64,000 nt of DNA, taken from IMG/VR virus record IMGVR_UViG_3300005613_000004; one strand, given 5' to 3'. The notes beneath the pieces were generated by a model, which was given only the letters and a program-made list of their open reading frames with translations, did not search any database and was not told the origin of the DNA. Within the stretch, counting starts at the first letter, position 1; each line of letters starts with the position of its first letter. This document shows, in pieces, positions 29,252 through 39,864 of the stretch. The DNA is from a virus. The translations under genes were made by a program, and so were the position numbers.

Positions 29252-29296
29252 TTAAATTGTGATATAATATATACTATCGAACAAATAATTGAAAAA

Positions 29297-29956
29297 ATGA
29301 AATCTCTTTTTGAAATTTATACAGATAAAAAGTATCTTGATGGACTTCCTGAAGGACTTGCTAGAATTAACTCTGATAAAAATACTCATCATTCATATAT
29401 AAAAGATGTATATGAAGATTATTTTGCTGAGTATAGGAACAAAGAAATTAACTTATTGGAAATTGGAGTTTCTACGGGAGTATCTTTAAGACTTTGGAGA
29501 GAATATTTTTCTAAAGCAAAAATTTATGGAATAGATCCATTTCAAAATTCTGAGCATAAAGAAATAGCGACTAAACTAATTACAAATCCTCTTAAAGATG
29601 TAACATTAATCGTGGAAGATGCTTACTGTCAAGAATCTGCTGATAGTGTTCCGGGTATGGATTTGATTGTTGAGGATGGCCCTCACACTTATAAATCTCA
29701 AGTTGATTCTATAAAATACTATCTTCCAAAATTAAATCCTGGTGGATATATGTTTATTGAAGATATTCCTCTTGATTTCAACCATAATCTTGAAGGTGAT
29801 GATTTATGTGAGCATCCTTTCATGAAAGGTCTTCTCAATGAAATTAGTGAAGGGTATGAATATAAAATTTTTGATATGAGGAGGAGTAAAAATATAGGAA
29901 CTTCTGTTGATAGGGGTGATAACATAATTCTTGCAATCCATAATCCTGAAAATTGA
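29297..29956 (+). CDS. class I SAM-dependent methyltransferase
   Basis: LLEIGVSTG, IYGID, EDGPH, PGGYMFIED. Confidence 0.82.
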   Translation: MKSLFEIYTDKKYLDGLPEGLARINSDKNTHHSYIKDVYEDYFAEYRNKEINLLEIGVSTGVSLRLWREYFSKAKIYGIDPFQNSEHKEIATKLITNPLKDVTLIVEDAYCQESADSVPGMDLIVEDGPHTYKSQVDSIKYYLPKLNPGGYMFIEDIPLDFNHNLEGDDLCEHPFMKGLLNEISEGYEYKIFDMRRSKNIGTSVDRGDNIILAIHNPEN

Positions 29957-29957
29957 T

Positions 29958-30920
29958 ATGAAAATTATTATTTGGGGATATCCCCTTCATTCACATACGC
30001 ATTCATATATTCATGCTGCCTTTTATAAAGCATTTAAATATATGAATTATGAAACATATTGGTTTCATGATGGGGAGTATCCAAAAGACTTTGATTGGAA
30101 TAATTGTATCTTTTGGACAGAAGGATTTGCTGATAAAAATATTCCACTGAATAAAACAAGTACTTACTTTGTTCATGTTTGTCCTGACCCATCAAAATAT
30201 ATTAATGCAGAAGTTAAAAAATTTATTGATGTAAGATATAATCATCTTTGGCATCGTGATCATGTATATCAATACTCTGTTGATAAAACAAAACTTGAAA
30301 AGGTTGGACCTTGTTGTTATTTTCAACCCAAGAAAAATCGCAGAGTACAAGTTTTAAATGATCATCATCAGTATTGGGTAGAAGATTATGATAAATTCTA
30401 TGTAACTTGGGCTACTAATATTCTCCCTGAAGAATTTGATTTTGAGGATATTAATTATTCTAGAGAAAATAAAATTTATTTTAGTGGAAATATATCTCCG
30501 CATGGAAGATGTGAAAACTACAGTACATTCAGACCATTTATAGATGAATGTCAAAAAAATAATATTCAGTTTATTCATAATGATCCTTTTAGTAATCCTT
30601 TGAGTGAGGATGAAGTTATCTTGAGAACTAAAAAATCAATTCTTGGAGTTGATATTCGCGGACCAGAACATATTAGAAATGGATATGTTCCTTGTAGAGT
30701 TTTCAAATCTATGAGTTGGGGTCACTTAGGAACTACTAATTCCCCTGAGGTGTATAATGAGTTGGAAGGTCATTGTATTTTGCAGGAAAATACTTCACAA
30801 CTTTTTTATGATTCGATGGAAAAGAGGAATGATCTCAAGTATATTGAAGATGGTATGAGATATGTTCAGGAAAATCATACTTATGTAAATCGAGTCAAGA
30901 CTATAATGAGTTTATTATGA
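29958..30920 (+). CDS. putative glycosyltransferase (start likely ATG 29958)
   Basis: MKIIIWGYPLHSHTHSYIH; GYVPCRVFK resembles Glyco_trans_1_2-type tails. Confidence 0.6.
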   Translation: MKIIIWGYPLHSHTHSYIHAAFYKAFKYMNYETYWFHDGEYPKDFDWNNCIFWTEGFADKNIPLNKTSTYFVHVCPDPSKYINAEVKKFIDVRYNHLWHRDHVYQYSVDKTKLEKVGPCCYFQPKKNRRVQVLNDHHQYWVEDYDKFYVTWATNILPEEFDFEDINYSRENKIYFSGNISPHGRCENYSTFRPFIDECQKNNIQFIHNDPFSNPLSEDEVILRTKKSILGVDIRGPEHIRNGYVPCRVFKSMSWGHLGTTNSPEVYNELEGHCILQENTSQLFYDSMEKRNDLKYIEDGMRYVQENHTYVNRVKTIMSLL

Positions 30921-31789
30921 AAAAACAAAAACTTGTAGTAGTTGGTAATTGTCAACGTAGTGGGATAATTCATTATCTTTATAAGAGTGAAGAGTTTCGT
31001 AATCTATATGATTGCAAACACTATGCAAATTGGGAGATGATAAAAAATAAAGAAAGTATCCCAATACAAGAACTTAAGTCTGCTGATTGTGTAATTTATC
31101 AACCTTTGAGAGAAGAGCATGGAATATATTCAACTGATCCTACTGTAGAAAATTCTATAGGATACTTTATTAAAGATACTTCTTTGAAGATTGGATTTCC
31201 TTTTGTATATTCTACATACATGTGGCCTTTATATCAAAAGTCAACTTCTGGAGGATCTGTTTGGGTCGGAAATGATCCAAACTCTAATCATGCAGAAAGA
31301 AAGAAAGGAAGTTTTTGGGTAGGGGTAGAACCTATTGATGAATTATTGAAATCTGGATTGACTGGTAATGATATAGTAGAGTTGTATAATGAAAATAAAA
31401 TTGATTGGAAATATCAAGAAAGATATAATGATAGTATCTCCATACTAAAAGATAAAGAAAAAAATACATATGTTAAAATTTCTCCTTTCATAGAAAAAAA
31501 TCTTTCAAAAAGTCTTTTATTCTTAATTCCTGGACATCCTTCTAGTTTAATTTTTCTGACGATGGCAAATCAAATTTTAGAAAAACATAACATGAAACTA
31601 CTGGACAAAGAAAAAATTTTATCGTATAATGAAATTTCTGTCCCAGATACCATATATCATAATTCTGATGGGGTTTGGAGATTTTGTCAATCTGCCATAG
31701 ACTTCTATAACTTAGAATATGGGCAAGAATTTTTAAACAAAAACTTTTACGTCAATAAAATTAAAGAATATTGCAATTTGAAAAAATGA
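30917..31789 (+). CDS. WcbI-like polysaccharide biosynthesis protein
   Basis: VVVGNCQ, IYQP, GHPS. Confidence 0.7.
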   Translation: MKKQKLVVVGNCQRSGIIHYLYKSEEFRNLYDCKHYANWEMIKNKESIPIQELKSADCVIYQPLREEHGIYSTDPTVENSIGYFIKDTSLKIGFPFVYSTYMWPLYQKSTSGGSVWVGNDPNSNHAERKKGSFWVGVEPIDELLKSGLTGNDIVELYNENKIDWKYQERYNDSISILKDKEKNTYVKISPFIEKNLSKSLLFLIPGHPSSLIFLTMANQILEKHNMKLLDKEKILSYNEISVPDTIYHNSDGVWRFCQSAIDFYNLEYGQEFLNKNFYVNKIKEYCNLKK

Positions 31790-31793
31790 TCTT

Positions 31794-32594
31794 ATGAATA
31801 ATGTAACTATTGTATCTGCTCTTTTTAATATTAGAAGAGAAGGTATGGACGGTAGAAAATGGGAAGAATACTTAGAATGGTTTGACATTACACTCAAACT
31901 TAAGTGTCCAATGTATTTGTTTGTAACTGAAGAGGTCAGGGAATTTGTAGAGGAAAGAAGACTCTCAATTCCAACTGAGATCGTTGTTCAAACTGTAGAG
32001 GACATACCTTATTATTATCTAAAAGATACAATTCAGAATATTTTAGATTCTGCAGAGTACTCTAAAAAAATGATGGATACTCAAAGAATTGAGTGTAATT
32101 ATTCCATGTATCTTATTATTCAATATTCTAAATTTCCGTGGTTGGTAAAGTCTATTGAAGAAAATCCTTTTAATACAGATTTTTTCTTCTGGATGGATGC
32201 AGGAAGTTCTAGATTTTTTGAAGATTTTGACTTAACTAATCAGTTTCCTAGTTCTGAAGCTATTGAAGCATTAGAATCTATGGGAGAATCTTTTTTGGTT
32301 CAAGAAAATTGCGATTTCTATCCCGATTTATTTCAGTCTAAAGAATTGTCTAAAGATTATTTTTATGATAATAGATCATATGTTTTGGGTACTATGTTTG
32401 GAGGACATAAAAATGTTATTCCCAAAGTATCTGAGTTAGTAGAAAAGGTTTTTGTTGAGGAAATGATTAAAAATGGTAGTGTAAACAATGAGCAGATAGC
32501 TTTAGGGTATTTGATTAAAAAGAACTCAGATATGTTCACTACATATCAAAGAACAAATGGAAAACATATGGATATTTTTCGGGAGTTAAGTTAA
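31794..32594 (+). CDS. WlaTC/HtrL-family glycosyltransferase
   Basis: TIVSALFNI, NPFNTDFFFWMDAG, NNEQ. Confidence 0.75.
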   Translation: MNNVTIVSALFNIRREGMDGRKWEEYLEWFDITLKLKCPMYLFVTEEVREFVEERRLSIPTEIVVQTVEDIPYYYLKDTIQNILDSAEYSKKMMDTQRIECNYSMYLIIQYSKFPWLVKSIEENPFNTDFFFWMDAGSSRFFEDFDLTNQFPSSEAIEALESMGESFLVQENCDFYPDLFQSKELSKDYFYDNRSYVLGTMFGGHKNVIPKVSELVEKVFVEEMIKNGSVNNEQIALGYLIKKNSDMFTTYQRTNGKHMDIFRELS

Positions 32595-34261
32595 TGAAAG
32601 TTGCTATTGTTGGACCAGGTATTATGCCCATCCCCCCTACAGGGTGGGGTGCTGTTGAGATTCTGATTTGGGATCAAAAACTAGCTCTTGAAAAATTGGG
32701 TCATGAAGTATTAGTTGTTAATACACCAAACCCAAATGATATTTTAAAAGAGATTGATTCTTTTGATCCTGACTTTGTTCATGTTCAATATGATGATTTC
32801 GTTGAGTTAGTTCCTCATATTAGATATCCTTGTGCAATTACAAGTCACTTTGGATATCTAGAACAACCAAATAAATGGGGATACTATGGTCCTAGAGTTG
32901 CAAAGAAATTTGCAGAACTTAAACCAAATGTATTCTGTTTGTCTCCTGGTATTAGGGATACTTACAAGAACACAATGAAATTTGAAGATCAAAATCTTTT
33001 TGTTACACCTAATGGTGTAAATCTTGATTTGTTCAGAAAAACAGATACTGCCAAATATCCACATAGATCAATTTATCTTGCAAAGATTGATTATCGCAAG
33101 AGACAGTATTTGTTTCAAGGAATTGACAGTTTGTGGTTTGCTGGTAATAATTCTGATCCAAGATTTGATGTTAGTGCCAGATGGTTGCAAGAATGGTCAA
33201 AGGATAAGCTCTATAATGAACTCACTGACTATGGTAATCTAGTTCTCTTAAGTGATGGTGAAGCACACCCTCTAGTATGTCTTGAAGCATTTGCTGCCGG
33301 TCTAGGTGTTGTCGTAAGTCAGTATGCTGCTGCCAATCTGGATACTAGTAAAGATTTCATCACAGTTATTCCTGAAAATAAAATTACGGATATGGTATTT
33401 CTGGAGTCTGAGATTATTAAGAACAGGAAATACTCTGTTGAACATAGAGAAGAGATTCTGGAGTATGCAGAAACATTTGAATGGTCTAATGTAGTTGCGA
33501 CACATTATGTTCCTGCAATGGAGAAAATTATAAGTAAAAATAAAAATAAGGTTGCAATATGTTTTATTGGAACTGGTAAGTATATTGATTTTCTTCCGAA
33601 GTATTGGGAAAATATCGAGTCAAATTTTTTGCCCAATACTGAAAAAGAATTTTTTGTCTTTACTGACGGTGAACTAGAAGGAACTCCCGACAATGTTACT
33701 GTCATTCGACAAGAACATCTTGAGTGGCCTTATATTACTCTATTGAGATTTGATATTATTAATGGGGTGAGAAAAGAGTTATCTGGATTTGATAAAGTAG
33801 TTTTTATGGATGCAGATACTTTAGTAGTTGATACTATTACTGAAGAGGAATTTTTCTCTGATAAACCTTTTTTCGGTGTACATCATCCATGCCATTACTT
33901 GAAGATGCAACCACATGATAAGTATCCTGGAGCATTCGAAACTAATTCAAAATCTTTAGCAGGAGTGACAGAGGATGATGATACGTCTGTTTATTTTCAA
34001 GGATGCCTCTGGGGTGGACAAGTTCCTCAGGTTCTTGATATGATTAGTGAATTAGGATTAAGAACTCAAAAAGACTTGGATAATGGAGTAATTGCACAAT
34101 GGCATGACGAAAGTCAAATGAACAAATATTTTTCAGAAAGAAGAGATGAAGTTCATGTTCTTGGACCTGAATATGCATATCCAGAAGTATTCAAACAGGC
34201 ATGTGATTTCGATCCAAAAATTGTTCATCTAGCAAAAAATAATTCGGAGTACCAAGTATAA
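32594..34261 (+). CDS. two-domain glycosyltransferase: GT-B (GT4-like) plus GT6
   Basis: IPPTGWGAVE, EAHPLVCLEA; from ~33550 AICFIGTGKY, MDAD, YFQGCLWGG, WHDESQMN. Confidence 0.85.
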   Translation: MKVAIVGPGIMPIPPTGWGAVEILIWDQKLALEKLGHEVLVVNTPNPNDILKEIDSFDPDFVHVQYDDFVELVPHIRYPCAITSHFGYLEQPNKWGYYGPRVAKKFAELKPNVFCLSPGIRDTYKNTMKFEDQNLFVTPNGVNLDLFRKTDTAKYPHRSIYLAKIDYRKRQYLFQGIDSLWFAGNNSDPRFDVSARWLQEWSKDKLYNELTDYGNLVLLSDGEAHPLVCLEAFAAGLGVVVSQYAAANLDTSKDFITVIPENKITDMVFLESEIIKNRKYSVEHREEILEYAETFEWSNVVATHYVPAMEKIISKNKNKVAICFIGTGKYIDFLPKYWENIESNFLPNTEKEFFVFTDGELEGTPDNVTVIRQEHLEWPYITLLRFDIINGVRKELSGFDKVVFMDADTLVVDTITEEEFFSDKPFFGVHHPCHYLKMQPHDKYPGAFETNSKSLAGVTEDDDTSVYFQGCLWGGQVPQVLDMISELGLRTQKDLDNGVIAQWHDESQMNKYFSERRDEVHVLGPEYAYPEVFKQACDFDPKIVHLAKNNSEYQV

Positions 34262-35058
34262 TGGCAATAGGATTTAATCATCTTGGAAAACTAGGACAAC
34301 TTGGCAATCAGATGTTTCAGTTTGCGGCAACCAAAGGTATTGCTGTAAATTGTGGTCTCGAAATGTGTATTCCTAAACATGAAAATGTATTTCACGATGG
34401 TATTGGTAACATCATCAAGATTGAACTGGATAATCCTTTTATAATTCGTGATTATAGAGATATGATTGAGGGAGAGGTTGTTCAAGAACGGCATTTTCAC
34501 TTTGATGAAGACTTGTTTAATAATTGCTCAGATAATGTAAGTTTATTCGGATTCTTTCAGACTGAAAAGTACTTTAAACATATTGAAGATACTATTCGTC
34601 ATGACTTTACATTCAATTCTCAAATTTGCAATGAGTGTAAACCAATCATTGAAGAAATGTTTGATCAAAATCCCATAGCTTTACATATTCGAAGGGGAGA
34701 CTTTTTAATCAACAGTGGTAATCATCATAATCTCTCACTTGATTGGTATGAAAATGCATTGAGTAAGTTTGATTCGGATAGAGAAGTGGTTATATTTTCT
34801 GATGATGTATTCTGGGCTTCTGCACAAGAACTTTTTCAATCAGACAGATTTATTATTTCTGATGGTAATAGTTCTTATCACGATCTATACATGATGACAC
34901 AATGCAGTGACTTCATCATTGCAAATTCTACATTTTCCTGGTGGGGTGCATGGTTGGCAAATACTGGTAGAGTTATTGCTCCTTCCGTATGGTTTGGTCC
35001 AAATAATTCTCACCTAGATACAAAAGACTTATATCCTCAGTACTGGGAAATTTTATAA
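34261..35058 (+). CDS. alpha-1,2-fucosyltransferase (GT11)
   Basis: GQLGNQMFQ, GFFQTEKYF, HIRRGD, IANSTFSWWGAWL. Confidence 0.92.
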   Translation: MAIGFNHLGKLGQLGNQMFQFAATKGIAVNCGLEMCIPKHENVFHDGIGNIIKIELDNPFIIRDYRDMIEGEVVQERHFHFDEDLFNNCSDNVSLFGFFQTEKYFKHIEDTIRHDFTFNSQICNECKPIIEEMFDQNPIALHIRRGDFLINSGNHHNLSLDWYENALSKFDSDREVVIFSDDVFWASAQELFQSDRFIISDGNSSYHDLYMMTQCSDFIIANSTFSWWGAWLANTGRVIAPSVWFGPNNSHLDTKDLYPQYWEIL

Positions 35059-35849
35059 TGGATAAGAATAAAGCACTCTATAAACTCAAAGGTCTTCCTC
35101 CCATATATTATCTAAATCTGGATGAGCAACCAGAGAGGCGAAAGTATATGGAAGATCAATTTAAGTATTGGGAGATTGAAAATTATACCCGCATCTCTGC
35201 ATATGATGGTAGAGATGGTAGAGATCTTGGTGAAATTTTGAAAGGTAGATATCCTGATACAATGTCTTCTGGTGAAGTTGGATGCACAACTTCTCACTTG
35301 AAAGCACTGGTAGAATTTTTAAAAACAGATTCTAAATGTGCTTTGATTATGGAAGACGATTGTGATTTGGATACTGTAAAACATTGGCCTTTTGCATGGA
35401 AAGATTTTTATGCAAAAATCCCATATGATTATGATGTAATTCAACTTGCAATTATTAATCCTGCTTCTGTATATCTTCAGATGCATAGAAGGTTTGTGAA
35501 TGATTTTTCAACTGCTTGTTATATGATTACTCGTCACCATGCACAAAAATTGATCGATCTTCATGTGCGTGGTGATAAGTATAAACTGGATAATGGAGTG
35601 AAACCGAGAGCAGTTGCTGATGATTTGATTTATAATTCGGGCAATACATTTTCTATTCCACTGTTTCTTTATAAGATTGAATTGGGATCTTCCATTCATG
35701 ATATTCATATCGATGTATTTCATAAGTCAAGTTATGAAGGACTTTGGAATTTTTGGAAAAATCAATCTATGGAAGTGCAAGATTGGAATGCAATTTTTGA
35801 TTATGATCCTTACTTCGGAACACTTCCTCCAGGATTTGAAGGAAAATAA
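35058..35849 (+). CDS. GT25-family glycosyltransferase
   Basis: YYLNLD...ERR, GEVGCTTSH, LIMEDD. Confidence 0.85.
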   Translation: MDKNKALYKLKGLPPIYYLNLDEQPERRKYMEDQFKYWEIENYTRISAYDGRDGRDLGEILKGRYPDTMSSGEVGCTTSHLKALVEFLKTDSKCALIMEDDCDLDTVKHWPFAWKDFYAKIPYDYDVIQLAIINPASVYLQMHRRFVNDFSTACYMITRHHAQKLIDLHVRGDKYKLDNGVKPRAVADDLIYNSGNTFSIPLFLYKIELGSSIHDIHIDVFHKSSYEGLWNFWKNQSMEVQDWNAIFDYDPYFGTLPPGFEGK

Positions 35850-35925
35850 GAGTATTCATATCGATACCCCTTGACAAAATTTTATATTTTCTATATAATA
35901 TTGTTGTAAATCTTTACAAACAGAA

Positions 35926-36144
35926 ATGACTGTAACTAAAAATGAGTTTGGACAACAAAACATGTGGCCAAACGAACCAACCATGTATATGACCAAGGAA
36001 GACCTTGATCGTTATGGTATTGAAACACATGCCGAAAAAGCAGAAAAGTTAAATGGACGCACTGCCATGCTTGGATTTATTGCTGCAGTTATTTCTTATG
36101 CTACTACTGGTAGTGTATTCTTTTTTGGTCTTCTTGGATTCTGA
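35926..36144 (+). CDS. hli: high-light inducible protein
   Basis: AEKLNGRTAMLGF chlorophyll-binding motif. Confidence 0.92.
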   Translation: MTVTKNEFGQQNMWPNEPTMYMTKEDLDRYGIETHAEKAEKLNGRTAMLGFIAAVISYATTGSVFFFGLLGF

Positions 36145-36146
36145 TA

Positions 36147-36335
36147 ATGCCCGATATTGCTGAACTTCTGACTTATTATGTTATTGTGAGTCTTCTTTTT
36201 GTGGGAGCACCGGGAGTTTTCTTTTTCATTGTATTCATGCCTGCCCTTCAAAATACGAAAGGTCGTATGGTAGGATACAAAGACCATAAGACCTATGGGG
36301 ACTCATCCATTTACGAAGTAAGTAGAACTACTTGA
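36147..36335 (+). CDS. small membrane protein
   Basis: TM segment; GAPGVFFFIVFMPALQNTKGR. Confidence 0.6.
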   Translation: MPDIAELLTYYVIVSLLFVGAPGVFFFIVFMPALQNTKGRMVGYKDHKTYGDSSIYEVSRTT

Positions 36336-36423
36336 CAATGACATCAATTTTATTTACAATCACATCTATTGCCTTCCTCGTATTGTTGGCATATTCTGTG
36401 GAAAAATTATCTGAAACTTACTA

Positions 36424-36717
36424 ATGAATTATAATATTACTCTTCGTAGTCCTGATGGTAAAGAAACTATCATCAAATGTGAAGATGATCAGTATATCCT
36501 TGATGCTGCTGAAGAATCTGAAATTGATCTAAACTATTCTTGTAGAGCAGGTGCCTGTTCTTCATGTGCAGGTAAAATTGTTTCCGGCACTGTAGATCAA
36601 ACAGATCAATCTTTTCTTGATGATGATCAAATTGAGGAGGGATTTGTCCTCACTTGTGTTGCATATCCTACTTCTGATGTTATAATTGAAACTGAACAAG
36701 AGGAGTATTTTTACTAA
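36424..36717 (+). CDS. petF: plant-type [2Fe-2S] ferredoxin
   Basis: [14 protein letters not shown]...[10 protein letters not shown]. Confidence 0.97.
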   Translation: MNYNITLRSPDGKETIIKCEDDQYILDAAEESEIDLNYSCRAGACSSCAGKIVSGTVDQTDQSFLDDDQIEEGFVLTCVAYPTSDVIIETEQEEYFY

Positions 36718-37155
36718 TGATTGGAAATTTGGAACCTGAAGAACGAGTGATAGAAACTGCATCAGTATATGAGCAAGTTTCTTCCCTTATTAAAAAATTT
36801 GGATGGGAAAATAGTGATGAAATTTCTGTAGAAATGGCAGGAACTCAAGTCTCTGGCATTGATGTCGGTGATAATTATAATCCAAAGTGGTCATCTCCCA
36901 TTGGTACTAGAAAAATTAATAAGGATGCTTTTATTGTGATAAAAAATCAATCTCGGAGAGACCTGACTAAATCACAACCAAACCCAGATTTGAAAGCACA
37001 TCATGCCTAATTATAATATTCTCTATGAGGATATGCGAAAATTAAATTCTTTATATGAAGAACTCTGTTGGGGACATGAAGATGAATTAGTTTTTACGCA
37101 TGAAAATGGCAGAGTAATAATTTACAATAAAACAAAACAGGAGAAAAAACAATGA
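36717..37155 (+). CDS. two hypothetical proteins (36717-37010 and 37003-37155)
   Basis: Overlap-coupled ORFs. Confidence 0.55.
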
Positions 37156-37259
37156 ACGAAAGAGCAGAACGTATTAATGGTTGGGCGGCAATGATTGGTA
37201 TTATTGCTGCAATGGGAGCATATGCCGTCAGTGGCGACCTAATCCCTGGGATTTGGTAG
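37152..37259 (+). CDS. hli: short high-light inducible protein (35 aa, not in ORF track)
   Basis: MNERAERINGWAAMIGIIAAMGAYAVSGDLIPGIW. Confidence 0.9.
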   Translation: MNERAERINGWAAMIGIIAAMGAYAVSGDLIPGIW

Positions 37260-37336
37260 AATATTTGGTGGAACTGAGCAACAAGCAATAGAATACTTAC
37301 AAAGTTTAGGTTACACAATTACAAAGGGGAAATAAG

Positions 37337-37663
37337 ATGTTAGTACTAGCATCTATTTTGTTAGGAGCATTTCTTTTTAATGCCATCCTTAATGAAGATG
37401 TTGATGACGACGATGATAGCATGAGTGGTGGGATTATGATTCCCTCACATAATTATATCTGACAAATAATACTCTACTCTATATAATGAGTAGAGTTTTT
37501 TTATATTATGCCCAGAGGTCAAATTAGTAAGGATGAGATGAAGTGTTTTATTTTGAAATGTAAGCATGAATTGGATAGTGAAAGATACTCTGGTGGAGTA
37601 ACTTTTCTTGCTCACAAGTATTTGAATAAAGTTCTTGATAAAATTGACGAGTATAGGGTATAA
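37337..37663 (+). CDS. two small hypothetical proteins (37337-37462 and 37508-37663)
   Basis: Manually read ORFs MLVLASILLG... and MPRGQISKDEMK... Confidence 0.5.
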
Positions 37664-37741
37664 TAAATAACATCATAATATAAAAGTGTTGAGGGAGTAG
37701 ACAAACTCCAAGTAATTGGGTATAATAAATATTGATATAGG

Positions 37742-39823
37742 TTGGGTTGTATAGTGTCGCTTAAGAAACCATCAGAATATTTTAAAAAAAATATTATTAC
37801 GGTGAATGATTCGGTTGAGGAAATGCAAAATACTCCCGAATTGGATACATTTTCTGATGCTTATAATGTGTTTAAGAGAAATTTAAGTAAGGTTGATGTC
37901 TTAAATAATTTTTCAGAAACACTAACTAACTATCAAACTAATGTAGAAAAAGTAAATTATCTCTCTGAAAAAATTGGTGAGATTGATAAAGACATCAAAA
38001 ATTTTCTTACGAAGGAAGATCTAGATAAAGCATTAATTTCTCAACTCTTGTTTCTTGAGGAGTGCATTCGTGATGTTCAAGAAAAAGTAAAAGGTATAAA
38101 TCATAAAAATTTAACACAGGTCAAATTAGATATTTCTAGTTTGTCCGAAACAGTCAACATTTTTATTGATGAAGAAATCCCAAGATATGAAAAATTAGTT
38201 GTAGAGTCTGAAACTAGACTTACTGATAAATGTGAAGTATTAGAAGACGAATTAAAAGATACTTTAGATAATATAAAAGATGTTATTGATGAAAAATATA
38301 TTAGTGATTTCAAATCTCTGAATGAAGAGATTGATAGAATTAAGACTGATGATATTCCGAAATATAAAAATTTAATTGTTGACTCTGAAATTAAAACAGA
38401 TTCAAAGATCAAAGAGTTTGCTGAAGTCTTTGATAATACTGTTAATGATATTATATCTAAAATTGAACTTGTAAAGGAAGATAATACAGAAATTTTTGAT
38501 ACTTTAAATTCTAAAGTCAATGAAGTTAATCAGATTCATAATCTGATGCTTGACGATATTGAGAAAAGTGAAAATACTAGAGATGAATTAGATAAGAAAA
38601 TTGTAGACTTGGAAGTTGAGATTTTGAAAAATGAATCTCATATTGAAAAACAAAATAAAAATATTGAGGATATCCATGGTGATGTTAAGTCTGCAATAAA
38701 AAGATTAAATCTTGAGGAACTTGAAAGTAAAAATTATAAGTTGGGAAAGAAAGTTAAGTACCTTGAAGAGGTATTTGAGAAATTTAATGAAAAAGAAATT
38801 CTGACCGAAAACATTATTACTGAACCTAGTTCTACAAATAATAATGATTCTCTAACACCACTAGATAAAAACTTTGTAACTTTAGATCAACTTCAAAATC
38901 ATTATAAATTATTCATTAATCGTATTCAGCAGCAACTTGCTACGTTTGGTGGTGGTGGAGAGACACGTTTTGAGTTTTTAGATGATGTTGATAGAGATAG
39001 TGCAAAGGATAATGGTAAGTTCCTTAAGTATGATTCTTCCATAGGTAAGTGGGTTGGTGCAGAAGTTAGTGTGGAAGCAGGATCTCAAACATTAGATGAG
39101 ACTTTAGGATTAGGAAATACTTCTTCAATAGGAATGAGTGTTGGTGTTACTACCGCAACTAAACTTCATGTTGATCCAGTAGGTTCTGGTGTTACTTATA
39201 ATGAAGATCTAGTCGTTCAAGGAAATGCAAGGGTAACTGGTATTCTTAGTATCGGAACAAGTTCTATTGTTCTTGACTCCAATGCAAAGGAAATTCGTGG
39301 TGTTGAGAAGATTAGGATTGAACCTGAAGAACCTGATTTAAGACCAATTATTATTAAACAAAATGCTGGAAAGATTATTTTTGCTAAAACTGAAGAAATA
39401 AATGGTGAAGAAGTAGAAACTGAAAGTGAATCTTCTGTTGGTATTGGATCTACGGTTTCAATAAACACTACTGGTATTATTACTGCATCATCTTTCTTTG
39501 GTGATGGTTCTGGATTGACTGGTATTGGGGGTGGAGTTGTTGTTCAAAACACTGGTAGTGATGTTGGAACTGCAAGTACTATAAACTTTGGATCAGATCT
39601 GGATGCAACATTTTCTGGTGGTGTTGCTACTATTAATGTTTCAATTCCTTTATCTGCAATTACTGATGTAAATACTTCTAATTTATCTGGAATTGCGACA
39701 GATTATCTTATGGTTTATGATCCAACAATACCTGGATTTAAGTTTGTGAATCCTAAGACTTACTTTGGAATTAACAATGATGCTAATCCTGCTCCAGATA
39801 TTGTTGATTATGGTGTTTATTGA
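37742..39823 (+). CDS. virion protein: long coiled coil plus tail-fibre-like C-terminus
   Basis: ~400-aa E/K/D heptad region, GGGGETR hinge, then G/S/T-rich fibre motifs. Confidence 0.65.
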   Translation: MGCIVSLKKPSEYFKKNIITVNDSVEEMQNTPELDTFSDAYNVFKRNLSKVDVLNNFSETLTNYQTNVEKVNYLSEKIGEIDKDIKNFLTKEDLDKALISQLLFLEECIRDVQEKVKGINHKNLTQVKLDISSLSETVNIFIDEEIPRYEKLVVESETRLTDKCEVLEDELKDTLDNIKDVIDEKYISDFKSLNEEIDRIKTDDIPKYKNLIVDSEIKTDSKIKEFAEVFDNTVNDIISKIELVKEDNTEIFDTLNSKVNEVNQIHNLMLDDIEKSENTRDELDKKIVDLEVEILKNESHIEKQNKNIEDIHGDVKSAIKRLNLEELESKNYKLGKKVKYLEEVFEKFNEKEILTENIITEPSSTNNNDSLTPLDKNFVTLDQLQNHYKLFINRIQQQLATFGGGGETRFEFLDDVDRDSAKDNGKFLKYDSSIGKWVGAEVSVEAGSQTLDETLGLGNTSSIGMSVGVTTATKLHVDPVGSGVTYNEDLVVQGNARVTGILSIGTSSIVLDSNAKEIRGVEKIRIEPEEPDLRPIIIKQNAGKIIFAKTEEINGEEVETESESSVGIGSTVSINTTGIITASSFFGDGSGLTGIGGGVVVQNTGSDVGTASTINFGSDLDATFSGGVATINVSIPLSAITDVNTSNLSGIATDYLMVYDPTIPGFKFVNPKTYFGINNDANPAPDIVDYGVY

Positions 39824-39864
39824 TCATAAATAAAAAAAAAGACTTTCTGTAGGATTCTGGTATA

